This document shows positions 33,915 through 42,003 of a stretch of 64,000 nucleotides of DNA, one piece after another. The stretch lies in contig CBDCTA010000028.1 in NCBI GenBank assembly GCA_965221955.1, forward strand, positions 1 to 64,000, in the 5' to 3' direction. The DNA is from Gammaproteobacteria bacterium (lineage in GTDB: Bacteria; Pseudomonadota; Gammaproteobacteria; UBA4575). Position 1 is the stretch's first letter. Each line of letters starts with the position of its first letter. A program made the position numbers and the translations under genes. The notes under the pieces were generated by a model. The model was given only the letters and a program-made list of their open reading frames with translations. It was not told where the DNA came from and searched no databases.

Positions 33915-36900
33915 ATGAGCATTTTTAATCCCCCACTGCCTGGAAACGAGCATAGTCATGTTACTTGGGGACGCACCTATGGCTGCAGCAAAGGATTAGC
34001 CTTAGCGAAAGCTGTAGAGCAATTCAACGGGCTGACGTTAATCATTACACCCGATATTCAGACTGCTCATAGCTTAGAAAGTGAATTGAAGTTCTTTTGT
34101 ATCCAGGGCATCAATATTTATTTATTCCCTGATTTGGAAACCCTTCCATACGATGTTTTCTCCCCACATGAAGATATCATTTCTGATCGCATTTTAGCCT
34201 TAAGCGCTTTACCCAAAACTCAGCAAGGTGCATTAATCATTTCCGCAGGGACAATTTTATCCAAGCTGGCTTCAAAAGATTTTATTTTAGGACAGACATT
34301 AAACTTAAAAATTAATGATCAATTACATTTAGAAAACTTCAAACATACACTTACTAAGGCAGGTTACCAATACGTGTCGCAAGTCGTCACACATGGCGAG
34401 TTTGCCGTTCGAGGTTCCATCATCGACTTATTTCCTATGGGATCAAATCATCCCTATCGAATTGATTTATTCGATGATGAGATTGAAACCATTCGAATCT
34501 TTAATCCAGAAACTCAAGTTTCTACAGATAAGGTAGGTACATTACAAGTTCTACCTGCACGTGAATTTCCAACAGACGAAAATGCAATTAAACGTTTTCG
34601 ACAAAACTATCGCATTCAATTTGAAGGCGACCCAAATAAGAGTGTAATCTATCGTGGTGTCAGCAATAATAATTTGCCTGCTGGAATTGAATATTACTTA
34701 CCTTTATTTTGCGAAGAAACCAGCACATTTTTTGATTTTATTCCAGAAAACAGCCAGCTGGTTTTGATTGAAGACATCGTTGATATTGCTATGGATTTTG
34801 AAAACGATGTGTTTTATCGCTACGAACAACGCAAATACGATTTAGAACGCCCACCATTGCATCCTAAGCAAGTATGGATATCAACTGATTTTTTTGAAAA
34901 GAATTTATTTAAATTCAACACCATTAAGTTACAACAATATGAATTAGAACATTTACATCGTGATCAATATAACTTTGATGCACAAGCACTCCCTACTCTT
35001 ACTATTAACTCACGCATCAAAGATCCTGCAAGTGAATTAATTCGTTTTATTGAATCCGGTACAAAGAAAATATTGTTTTTAGCTGAATCTGCTGGTCGTC
35101 GTGAATATATTCTAGATGTACTTAAAGGATTTAAAATTATCCCTACTGTTGTGGACTCATGGCCAGAGTTTTTATCTTCAGAACTTTCTTTAGCCATCAC
35201 ATTAGGGCCTTTAGATGATGGGTTGCTACTACAACAAGAAAATATTGCCATTATTACTGAAAGCAATTTATTTGGTGCAAAGGCAAAACAGAAACGCAAA
35301 CGACGTCGACAGATCCGCGATGCAGAATCTCTAATTAAGAACCTTTCAGATTTAAGCGAAGGTTCACCAGTAGTACATGAAGATCATGGTGTAGGAAGAT
35401 ATAAAGGCTTAAAAACGCTTAGCCTGAGTGGTACCGATACTGAGTTTCTCATTCTTGAATATGCGGAAGGCGATATTCTATATGTACCGGTTTCATCTTT
35501 GCACTTGGTCAGTCGATATAGCGGTGCCTCTGAAGAAAATGCGCCTTTACATCATTTGGGTGGCGATGCATGGAAAAATATTAAACGTCGTGCCGCAAAA
35601 CGAGCTCAAGATGTCGCGGCAGAATTATTAGACATTTATTCCAGACGTGAAGCCAAACAAGGTTTCCAATATAAAATCGATGTGATTGAGTTCAACGCTT
35701 TTTGCAATTCCTTCCCCTATGAAGAAACCCCCGATCAACTAAAAGCTATTGAGGATGTCATTTCAGACATGGAGTCGAAACGCCCCATGGATAGAGTTGT
35801 CTGCGGTGACGTAGGCTTTGGCAAAACTGAAGTGGCGATGCGCGCTGCATTTATAGCGGCAAATGCAGGAAAACAAGTTGCAGTATTGGTTCCAACCACT
35901 CTTCTAAGCTCACAACACTTTCAAAATTTCAGTGATCGATTCGCAGACTTGGCAATTGAAATAGAAACTCTATCAAGATTTGTTCCTGCCAAAAAACAAA
36001 AACAAGTACTAACCGGACTTGAAGACGGCCAAGTTGATATTGTGATTGGCACCCATAAACTATTTAACTCAGCAATTAAGTTTAAAAACTTAGGCCTTGT
36101 AATTGTTGATGAAGAGCAACGCTTTGGTGTTCGTCAAAAAGAAATACTTAAAAAAATGCGTACTGAAGTCGATATTCTCACATTAACTGCAACTCCAATT
36201 CCAAGAACTTTGAACATGTCTTTAAGTGGCTTACGTGATTTATCTATCATCGCTACACCACCTAATTTGCGCCTTGCAATAAAAACGTTCGTTGGTACAT
36301 GGAACGATGGCATGATTCAAGAAGCTTGTATGCGCGAAATGAAGCGTGGTGGTCAAGTATTCTTTTTACACAATGAAGTAAAAACCATCGAAAAAGCTGC
36401 CAAAGATATCCAGCAGTTACTTCCTGACAGCGCTATTCGTATTGCTCATGGCCAAATGCCAGAAAAAGAATTAGAACAAGTAATGTTAGATTTTTACCAT
36501 CAACGATTTAGCATTTTAGTTTGCACAACGATTATCGAAAACGGAATTGATATACCCACTGCAAACACCATTATTATTAACCGTGCTGATAAACTTGGAC
36601 TTTCACAGTTACATCAAATACGCGGTCGTGTAGGCCGATCACACCACCGTGCCTATGCTTATTTAATTGCCCCACCACGTCCAGCGATGACAGCTGATGC
36701 GGTTAAACGTTTAGAAGCGATTGAATCATTAGAAGACCTAGGTGTTGGCTTTACTCTTGCCACCCATGACCTTGAAATTCGAGGTGCCGGTGAATTATTA
36801 GGTGCTGAACAAAGTGGTCAAATCCATGAAGTAGGTTTTACATTGTATAACGAATTATTGGGTCGGGCAGTAGAAGCGTTAAAAGCAGGCGAAATACCAG

Positions 36901-37370
36901 ATTTGGATCAACCGATGGATCAAGGCATTGAAGTTAATCTAGGTGTGCCTGCGCTCATCCCGGATGATTATTTACCTGACATACATGGAAGGTTAGTCAT
37001 GTATAAACGCATTGCTAGCGCAAAAACCAGCGATGATTTAGATGATCTCGAAATCGAATTAATTGATCGTTACGGATTATTACCTGAATTTGCTAAAAAT
37101 TTATTCTTAGTCACCCATCTAAAACTGCTTGCAAGTAGCTTTGGTGTATCACGAATTGAAATGAGCCATGAAACAGCGCGCATTCATTTTGGCAAGTCGC
37201 CAAATATCGATACTACGAAGATATTAGAGCTTATTCTTGAGCAACCTGATACTTATAAGCTTGATGGCTCCGAAAAGCTCACGGTTTATACAGAAACTGA
37301 AAATATTGGGGAACGAATTGACACCATCGTGAATCTATTAAATGATCTACAATTAAAACAAGCTGCTTAA
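33915..37370 (+). CDS. mfd: transcription-repair coupling factor
   Basis: 1151 aa; GDVGFGKTEVA, DEEQRFG, TATPIPRT, DLEIRGAGELLG. Confidence 0.98.
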   Translation: MSIFNPPLPGNEHSHVTWGRTYGCSKGLALAKAVEQFNGLTLIITPDIQTAHSLESELKFFCIQGINIYLFPDLETLPYDVFSPHEDIISDRILALSALPKTQQGALIISAGTILSKLASKDFILGQTLNLKINDQLHLENFKHTLTKAGYQYVSQVVTHGEFAVRGSIIDLFPMGSNHPYRIDLFDDEIETIRIFNPETQVSTDKVGTLQVLPAREFPTDENAIKRFRQNYRIQFEGDPNKSVIYRGVSNNNLPAGIEYYLPLFCEETSTFFDFIPENSQLVLIEDIVDIAMDFENDVFYRYEQRKYDLERPPLHPKQVWISTDFFEKNLFKFNTIKLQQYELEHLHRDQYNFDAQALPTLTINSRIKDPASELIRFIESGTKKILFLAESAGRREYILDVLKGFKIIPTVVDSWPEFLSSELSLAITLGPLDDGLLLQQENIAIITESNLFGAKAKQKRKRRRQIRDAESLIKNLSDLSEGSPVVHEDHGVGRYKGLKTLSLSGTDTEFLILEYAEGDILYVPVSSLHLVSRYSGASEENAPLHHLGGDAWKNIKRRAAKRAQDVAAELLDIYSRREAKQGFQYKIDVIEFNAFCNSFPYEETPDQLKAIEDVISDMESKRPMDRVVCGDVGFGKTEVAMRAAFIAANAGKQVAVLVPTTLLSSQHFQNFSDRFADLAIEIETLSRFVPAKKQKQVLTGLEDGQVDIVIGTHKLFNSAIKFKNLGLVIVDEEQRFGVRQKEILKKMRTEVDILTLTATPIPRTLNMSLSGLRDLSIIATPPNLRLAIKTFVGTWNDGMIQEACMREMKRGGQVFFLHNEVKTIEKAAKDIQQLLPDSAIRIAHGQMPEKELEQVMLDFYHQRFSILVCTTIIENGIDIPTANTIIINRADKLGLSQLHQIRGRVGRSHHRAYAYLIAPPRPAMTADAVKRLEAIESLEDLGVGFTLATHDLEIRGAGELLGAEQSGQIHEVGFTLYNELLGRAVEALKAGEIPDLDQPMDQGIEVNLGVPALIPDDYLPDIHGRLVMYKRIASAKTSDDLDDLEIELIDRYGLLPEFAKNLFLVTHLKLLASSFGVSRIEMSHETARIHFGKSPNIDTTKILELILEQPDTYKLDGSEKLTVYTETENIGERIDTIVNLLNDLQLKQAA

Positions 37371-37382
37371 ATCAATCATTAC

Positions 37383-38045
37383 ATGCCTTACTTTAATAAA
37401 ATCTTTCTACTCTCTGTTCTACTCGCCTTTTGCAACAATGCTTTCAGCAAGGACTATATCGTTGAAATGGTGTTTTTCGCGAATATGAAAAGCAATGCGG
37501 GTTCCGTACATGTATCCAACCAAGCCGTTATACCTGATCTGGGCGGTGCAATCACCTTAAATGAAGCTTCGCAATCGAAAGGCTTTATTCCCTTAAGTTC
37601 TGACACATTTCAGTTAAGCAATAAAGCTGCTGCACTGAATAAGTCTGGTAACTATCGTGTAATTAAACATATGTCCTGGCTACAACCCGGGCTAGCAAAA
37701 GAAGATGCCATTGCAGTGCGTGTACATGCTGGCAAAAATTACAAAGATGAATTTAAAGAGCGGTCTTTTGCACAAGCAAATTTTAGTGACCGACAAGTTC
37801 CAATCAATCACCCTGTCAATGAATTAGATGGCACGGTAAAAATCGTACTTGGACGTTTTCTACATTTATACACCGACTTAGCCTATCGAAAAACATTTAA
37901 TATCTCTTCAGGAGATGCCCTAGGTAGAAACCGCGTGCTTGCAGATTTTCCAGTTAAAACACATCGTAAAATGCGCAGCAAAACCCTACATTATATTGAC
38001 CATCCCTACCTTGGAATTCTAATTGAAATCCGCCCTGCTGGATGA
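37383..38045 (+). CDS. csiV: CsiV-family periplasmic protein
   Basis: Signal peptide, H..WLQP, RKMRS..LHYIDHPYLG; directly follows mfd. Confidence 0.8.
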   Translation: MPYFNKIFLLSVLLAFCNNAFSKDYIVEMVFFANMKSNAGSVHVSNQAVIPDLGGAITLNEASQSKGFIPLSSDTFQLSNKAAALNKSGNYRVIKHMSWLQPGLAKEDAIAVRVHAGKNYKDEFKERSFAQANFSDRQVPINHPVNELDGTVKIVLGRFLHLYTDLAYRKTFNISSGDALGRNRVLADFPVKTHRKMRSKTLHYIDHPYLGILIEIRPAG

Positions 38046-38050
38046 GTGAG

Positions 38051-38162
38051 TCCATGGATGTGAGCGCAGGACGACGTGCATGGATGCACTAGTGTCTCGG
38101 GAGACAGGATGTAGGGAGCGACCGCACGAATATGAGATCCATCAGGAATGATGCAACTGATT
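38051..38162 (+). repeat. left inverted repeat of island with GGA hairpins and nested insert
   Basis: 38127-38162 matches the reverse complement of 40598-40633 at 31/36; TGTGAGCGCA 38059-38068 matches 40642-40651. Confidence 0.8.
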
Positions 38163-38177
38163 AAAGATCTTTATTTA

Positions 38178-38209
38178 AAATGACCGCTTTCAGTCAATAG
38201 CAGTCATTT
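38178..38209 (+). repeat. 32-bp cassette site S1
   Basis: AAATGACCGCT-TTCAGTCAAT-AGCAGTCATTT. Confidence 0.85.
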
Positions 38210-38576
38210 ACGTTCTTGCTGACTGGGACCAATAATCGAGCTCGGCGATAATGTAATTAGCTACGGCTTCCTCAATTGAATTAAATTCAATTCGTTTTTC
38301 TGGATTCTCAAATAGCCAAATTTCATTGGATTCCGGAACCAGTACCCACCCACTAGATGTTCGTTTGTCCTCACAAAATTGAATCCAATCGTCAACATAT
38401 CTACTTTCTTTTCGTATCTCCTTGACAAGATCCTCTGGAACAACCATTTCTCGAAGGCTTTTGTAATGTGTTTGGTCGATTGCTTTTCGTAAAGATATGC
38501 CCTTACCACGAATCGACACATCTCGGCCAATCGAAAGAATATTTCTCAGATCCTCGCTTTGTGCTTTGGCTGGCAT
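38208..38576 (-). CDS. hypothetical protein (cassette 1)
   Basis: 122-aa ORF whose stop codon overlaps S1. Confidence 0.65.
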   Translation of the reverse strand: MPAKAQSEDLRNILSIGRDVSIRGKGISLRKAIDQTHYKSLREMVVPEDLVKEIRKESRYVDDWIQFCEDKRTSSGWVLVPESNEIWLFENPEKRIEFNSIEEAVANYIIAELDYWSQSART

Positions 38577-38676
38577 GGCGTCTTACAATTAATTAAAGCG
38601 CATAAACTAAATTCTAATATGTTTTTAAGTGACAGAAATGTATTGCAATTGAAACCTTATATTTATACAGAATCTG

Positions 38677-38708
38677 CAACGTTCGCTTTGGGTCGAATGC
38701 AGTCGAAA
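38677..38708 (+). repeat. 32-bp cassette site S2 (degenerate)
   Basis: CAACGTTCGCT-TTGGGTCGAA-TGCAGTCGAAA. Confidence 0.7.
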
Positions 38709-38710
38709 TA

Positions 38711-39025
38711 TTATTTTGAATCATACATGGCATTATCATAAAGGTGGTGAAACATATCTTCTGTCAACTCAGGACAAATCCCTAGAATTGCTTTCATAAA
38801 ATCATCCTTCTCTATCTCCTTGCCCCAACGCTTAAATGATAACTCCCATAAGGCTTCATTCATTTTTACCCCTACTTTTATTGCTTCATCAATTTCTGTA
38901 GCGGAATAATTTGAATAATTTTGAAGTAGTATTGCTTTGGCTTCATCAAGCTTTCCTCTACGACTCAACCAACATGCATCAATATGAATGTTATTAAAAC
39001 TATTGTCGTATCCAAGTCCACTCAT
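38711..39025 (-). CDS. hypothetical protein (cassette 2)
   Basis: 104-aa ORF filling S2-S3. Confidence 0.65.
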   Translation of the reverse strand: MSGLGYDNSFNNIHIDACWLSRRGKLDEAKAILLQNYSNYSATEIDEAIKVGVKMNEALWELSFKRWGKEIEKDDFMKAILGICPELTEDMFHHLYDNAMYDSK

Positions 39026-39035
39026 ATCTTCAACT

Positions 39036-39067
39036 TTATGTACGCTTTGGGTCGTTAGTGATCATTT
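39036..39067 (+). repeat. 32-bp cassette site S3
   Basis: TTATGTACGCT-TTGGGTCGTT-AGTGATCATTT. Confidence 0.8.
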
Positions 39068-39375
39068 ATCCTTATCTTTGAGGACATAATTAGAATTAAA
39101 CCTACGATTAGGCTAATGATAAAAATTATAAGTGAGAAGGGTCTTTCTAACACCCAAAAAATTAATCTTTGCAACTCTTGCCAATCCATATCAAGTAATT
39201 TTGTGAAGTCAATATTTAATTTTTGGAGAACTTCATAAAACCGCAATGAAAACCACTCCCCATACTTAATCCAAAAATAACCTTGGTAAGCTAGAATCAC
39301 TAAAGTTGCGAAGAAGCCTGCACTAATAATAAATATTCCAGCATCACTTATTTTTTCCGATTGTTTAGTTCTCAT
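39055..39375 (-). CDS. hypothetical membrane protein (cassette 3)
   Basis: 106 aa, two TM segments; stop codon inside S3. Confidence 0.65.
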   Translation of the reverse strand: MRTKQSEKISDAGIFIISAGFFATLVILAYQGYFWIKYGEWFSLRFYEVLQKLNIDFTKLLDMDWQELQRLIFWVLERPFSLIIFIISLIVGLILIMSSKIRINDH

Positions 39376-39464
39376 GTTAATGCAATTAAAATATTAGAAT
39401 CTTTTTCCCAGTATTGTTTATTTATCGTTTTGTTCAGCTTGAATGATCAGATTAGCCTAACGTT

Positions 39465-39496
39465 AAATGTCCGATTAGGGTCGATAGCGGTCATTT
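39465..39496 (+). repeat. 32-bp cassette site S4
   Basis: AAATGTCCGAT-TAGGGTCGAT-AGCGGTCATTT. Confidence 0.85.
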
Positions 39497-39797
39497 ATTG
39501 ATATGTGAAATATTCAAACTCTCGATCTCTCGCAAATTGGGTTTTGCATAATTCATAACCCTTGTCCCATGCAGACGTGTACAAATCATCTTTTAAATAC
39601 GCCTCGCTTCGTTTAAAGGTTGACATAAAATTGCCTGCAACCTCCCAGCCACTGTTGCAACCATCTGTATAGCCTTGCTTATATGCCAATGGTGTATTCT
39701 CAGGTAGTGTATTTCTGTATTCATCATAGGCACCATAGGGGTCATTAGCACAAGAAATAATCATAACGATTAATATTGTGATAATTATATGTTTCAT
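39495..39797 (-). CDS. hypothetical lipoprotein (cassette 4)
   Basis: Lipobox IISC; YKQGYTDGCNSG; stop codon overlaps S4. Confidence 0.7.
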   Translation of the reverse strand: MKHIIITILIVMIISCANDPYGAYDEYRNTLPENTPLAYKQGYTDGCNSGWEVAGNFMSTFKRSEAYLKDDLYTSAWDKGYELCKTQFARDREFEYFTYQ

Positions 39798-39821
39798 ATA
39801 AATAAATGATATTCAGTTTGT

Positions 39822-39853
39822 AAGTGTCCACTTTCGGTCAATAACGGACATTC
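39822..39853 (+). repeat. 32-bp cassette site S5
   Basis: AAGTGTCCACT-TTCGGTCAAT-AACGGACATTC. Confidence 0.8.
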
Positions 39854-39880
39854 GTTATTTAAATTTTTATTCTCAATTAT

Positions 39881-39918
39881 TGCATCATCTTGGTGCTCAG
39901 ATGCAACATGATAGTGCA
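39881..39918. promoter_or_regulatory. tandem NtrC-like enhancer sites
   Basis: TGCATC-ATCTT-GGTGCT (39881-39897) and TGCAAC-ATGAT-AGTGCA (39902-39918). Confidence 0.7.
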
Positions 39919-39992
39919 GCTTCAATTGCGCACTAGCTAAAGTCTTTACCTTTTCAATTATAAGTATCTAATAACATTGAAATAGTAGGTAC

Positions 39993-40008
39993 TGGCATAA
40001 CTTGTGCA
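39993..40008 (+). promoter_or_regulatory. sigma54 -24/-12 promoter of cynS
   Basis: TGGCATAACTTGTGCA, exact GG-N10-GC spacing. Confidence 0.8.
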
Positions 40009-40042
40009 TTGAATTGTTGTTATTTGTTATGGAGGAAATGAA

Positions 40043-40528
40043 ATGAACGAAATAATGACAGAACCAGTATGTGTGGTAAATAAAGCCATGTCCAAAGAAG
40101 AAATGACCGATTTAATCATTTCTGCAAAAAAAACAAAGGGGCTTTCATGGAAATCTATAGCAAACGAATTGAATGTTGGAGAGGCTTGGATTGCCTCAGC
40201 CTGCCTTGGAATGAATAGTACATCAGAGGTAATTGCAAATAAACTTTGCGATCTCCTCGAATTAGACGACAGAGTATGCACCCTGCTACAAGAGTACCCT
40301 CATAAAGAATGGGCTAAAGCAATCCCTCAAGACCCAGTTATCTATCGACTTTATGAAATTGTCGGAGTATATGGTGACACTATTAAAGAAATCATTGCTG
40401 AAAAATTTGGCGATGGAATTATGAGTGCTATTGATTTTTCAATGGACATCGACAAAGAGGAAAATCCAAAAGGCGATCGTGTTGTGATTACACTTAATGG
40501 TAAATTTTTAAAATATACATCGTGGTGA
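40043..40528 (+). CDS. cynS: cyanate hydratase (cyanase)
   Basis: PQDPVIYRLYEIVGVYG, EKFGDGIMSAIDF, GDRVVITLNGKFL. Confidence 0.96.
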   Translation: MNEIMTEPVCVVNKAMSKEEMTDLIISAKKTKGLSWKSIANELNVGEAWIASACLGMNSTSEVIANKLCDLLELDDRVCTLLQEYPHKEWAKAIPQDPVIYRLYEIVGVYGDTIKEIIAEKFGDGIMSAIDFSMDIDKEENPKGDRVVITLNGKFLKYTSW

Positions 40529-40552
40529 TTATTGGACTAGATGAATAATTAC

Positions 40553-40584
40553 AAATGTCCGCTTACGACTCAAAGCGGACATTT
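40553..40584 (-). repeat. 32-bp cassette site S6, inverted orientation
   Basis: AAATGTCCGCT-TACGACTCAA-AGCGGACATTT; perfect arms; core reverse complement TTGAGTCGTA. Confidence 0.85.
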
Positions 40585-40597
40585 TAATTAAAAATAG

Positions 40598-40651
40598 AAT
40601 CGGTTGCATCATCCTTGATGGACATCATATTCGCACATCCATGCGCTCACA
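40598..40651 (-). repeat. right inverted repeat of island
   Basis: Reverse complement of the 38059-38162 repeat without the internal insert. Confidence 0.8.
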
Positions 40652-40672
40652 CATTTGGGTCGCATGCAGGAA

Positions 40673-41413
40673 TCACAAATTCGCAACTACAGAACTCAAT
40701 ATTGTTTTCACTAAAGCCATTCCCTTTTCTATTGCTTGCTCAATTTCTTCCATAGTAATTTCTTGATTGGTTTTACCTGCAGCCCAATTAACGCATAATG
40801 CGCAACACGCATAATGCAAACCTAGTTCTTTCGCTAACGCCGCTTCTGGCATCCCTGTCATACCGACAATGTCGCAGCCATCTTTTTCCATGCGATTAAT
40901 TTCTGATGCAGTTTCCAGCCGTGGACCTTGAGTGGCACCGTAAACACCACTTTGGTGTACATCGATATTTGAATGGGTCGCAGCATTTAATAGCTTTTTT
41001 CTAAGTGCTTCATTATAAGGATTTGTAAAATCAATATGGGTAACTTCAGATAAGTCGTCTTCGAAAAAAGTATGCTGTCGACCATACGTGTAATCGATAA
41101 TTTGGTCTGGAATGATAATTTTCTCTGGTGGAATGTCTTTATGTATCCCCCCTACTGCTGCCACTCCTATCACATCAGCCACTCCTAAACTTTTTAATGC
41201 CCAGATATTTGCACGGTAATTAATTTTATGTGGAGGAATAGTGTGATCATTCCCATGTCTCGCTAGAAAAACGACTTCATTTCCAGAAAGTTCTCCACTA
41301 ACGAGTGGCGCGCTCACTTCACCATATGGCGTCTCAATCGAATGAGTTTCGGTAATTGAAAGCTCATTGATGGCAGTAAGCCCTGTCCCTCCAATGATGG
41401 CAAGTTTTGTCAT
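40673..41413 (-). CDS. mtnP: S-methyl-5'-thioinosine/thioadenosine phosphorylase
   Basis: IIGGTG, ARHG..H.IPPH.INYRANI, QGPRLET, GMTGMPEA. Confidence 0.9.
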   Translation of the reverse strand: MTKLAIIGGTGLTAINELSITETHSIETPYGEVSAPLVSGELSGNEVVFLARHGNDHTIPPHKINYRANIWALKSLGVADVIGVAAVGGIHKDIPPEKIIIPDQIIDYTYGRQHTFFEDDLSEVTHIDFTNPYNEALRKKLLNAATHSNIDVHQSGVYGATQGPRLETASEINRMEKDGCDIVGMTGMPEAALAKELGLHYACCALCVNWAAGKTNQEITMEEIEQAIEKGMALVKTILSSVVANL

Positions 41414-41429
41414 TACTTATGGCTCTTTA

Positions 41430-41990
41430 TCAATCACTCTTAGCAATCGCGTAAATTGAAGACTGATTACGCAAATAACCTTTGTAATCCATCCCCCAAC
41501 CAAACACATAGCGATCTGTTACTTCCAACCCTAAAAAATCAGGCACCACGTTAACAGGTGTATTGGATAATTTTTTCTTTAGCAGTACAGCAGACAATAC
41601 ACGCTTCGCACCCTTTGCCTGACAATAGGCAATTAATTCTTGCAAGGTATATCCTTCGTCTAAAATATCATCAACGAGAACAACAATACGACCATCTAAT
41701 GATGTATCAGGTTCTTTATGCCAGTGGATACTACTGCCTTGAGTTTTATTACGATATCGATCGACGTGCACATAATCCAAAACCATAGGTGATTGAATAC
41801 GCTGCATTAATGCAGCGGTAAACATAAGCCCACCTTTCATTACGCACAATAAAATAGGCACTTCCCCATTGATCGTTGATTCAATTTGTTTCGCCACTAA
41901 ATCGATAGCGTTATTTATTTCTTGCTCAGAAACTAATACATCCGCATCGTCGCGAACTTGATTGACTTGTTGATGAGACAGATCTTCCAT
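41430..41990 (-). CDS. hpt: hypoxanthine-guanine phosphoribosyltransferase
   Basis: VLVDDILDEGYTL, YVFGWGMDY. Confidence 0.9.
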   Translation of the reverse strand: MEDLSHQQVNQVRDDADVLVSEQEINNAIDLVAKQIESTINGEVPILLCVMKGGLMFTAALMQRIQSPMVLDYVHVDRYRNKTQGSSIHWHKEPDTSLDGRIVVLVDDILDEGYTLQELIAYCQAKGAKRVLSAVLLKKKLSNTPVNVVPDFLGLEVTDRYVFGWGMDYKGYLRNQSSIYAIAKSD

Positions 41991-42003
41991 GAGCTACTTT
42001 TGA

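Noticed and set aside
38261-38741. Plus-strand ORFs of 89 and 60 aa in the island
   Set aside because: Antisense to cassette genes whose stops align with the sites, or crossing site S2.
39455-39468. GCCTAAC-GTTAAAT resembling attC R''/R' boxes
   Set aside because: The two boxes abut with no intervening stem, do not recur at the other sites, and no intI is present.
38178-39853. 32-bp sites as simple intrinsic terminators or dif/pdif sites
   Set aside because: Stems are mismatched and lack long U tracts while the loop sequence is conserved. The spacer is 10 bp rather than 6 and there is no XerD arm TTATGTTAAAT. A secondary terminator role is not excluded.
38178-40584. CRISPR array interpretation of the 32-bp repeats
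   Set aside because: Intervals are 357-731 bp and hold whole genes, the repeats are degenerate, one is inverted, and there are no cas genes.
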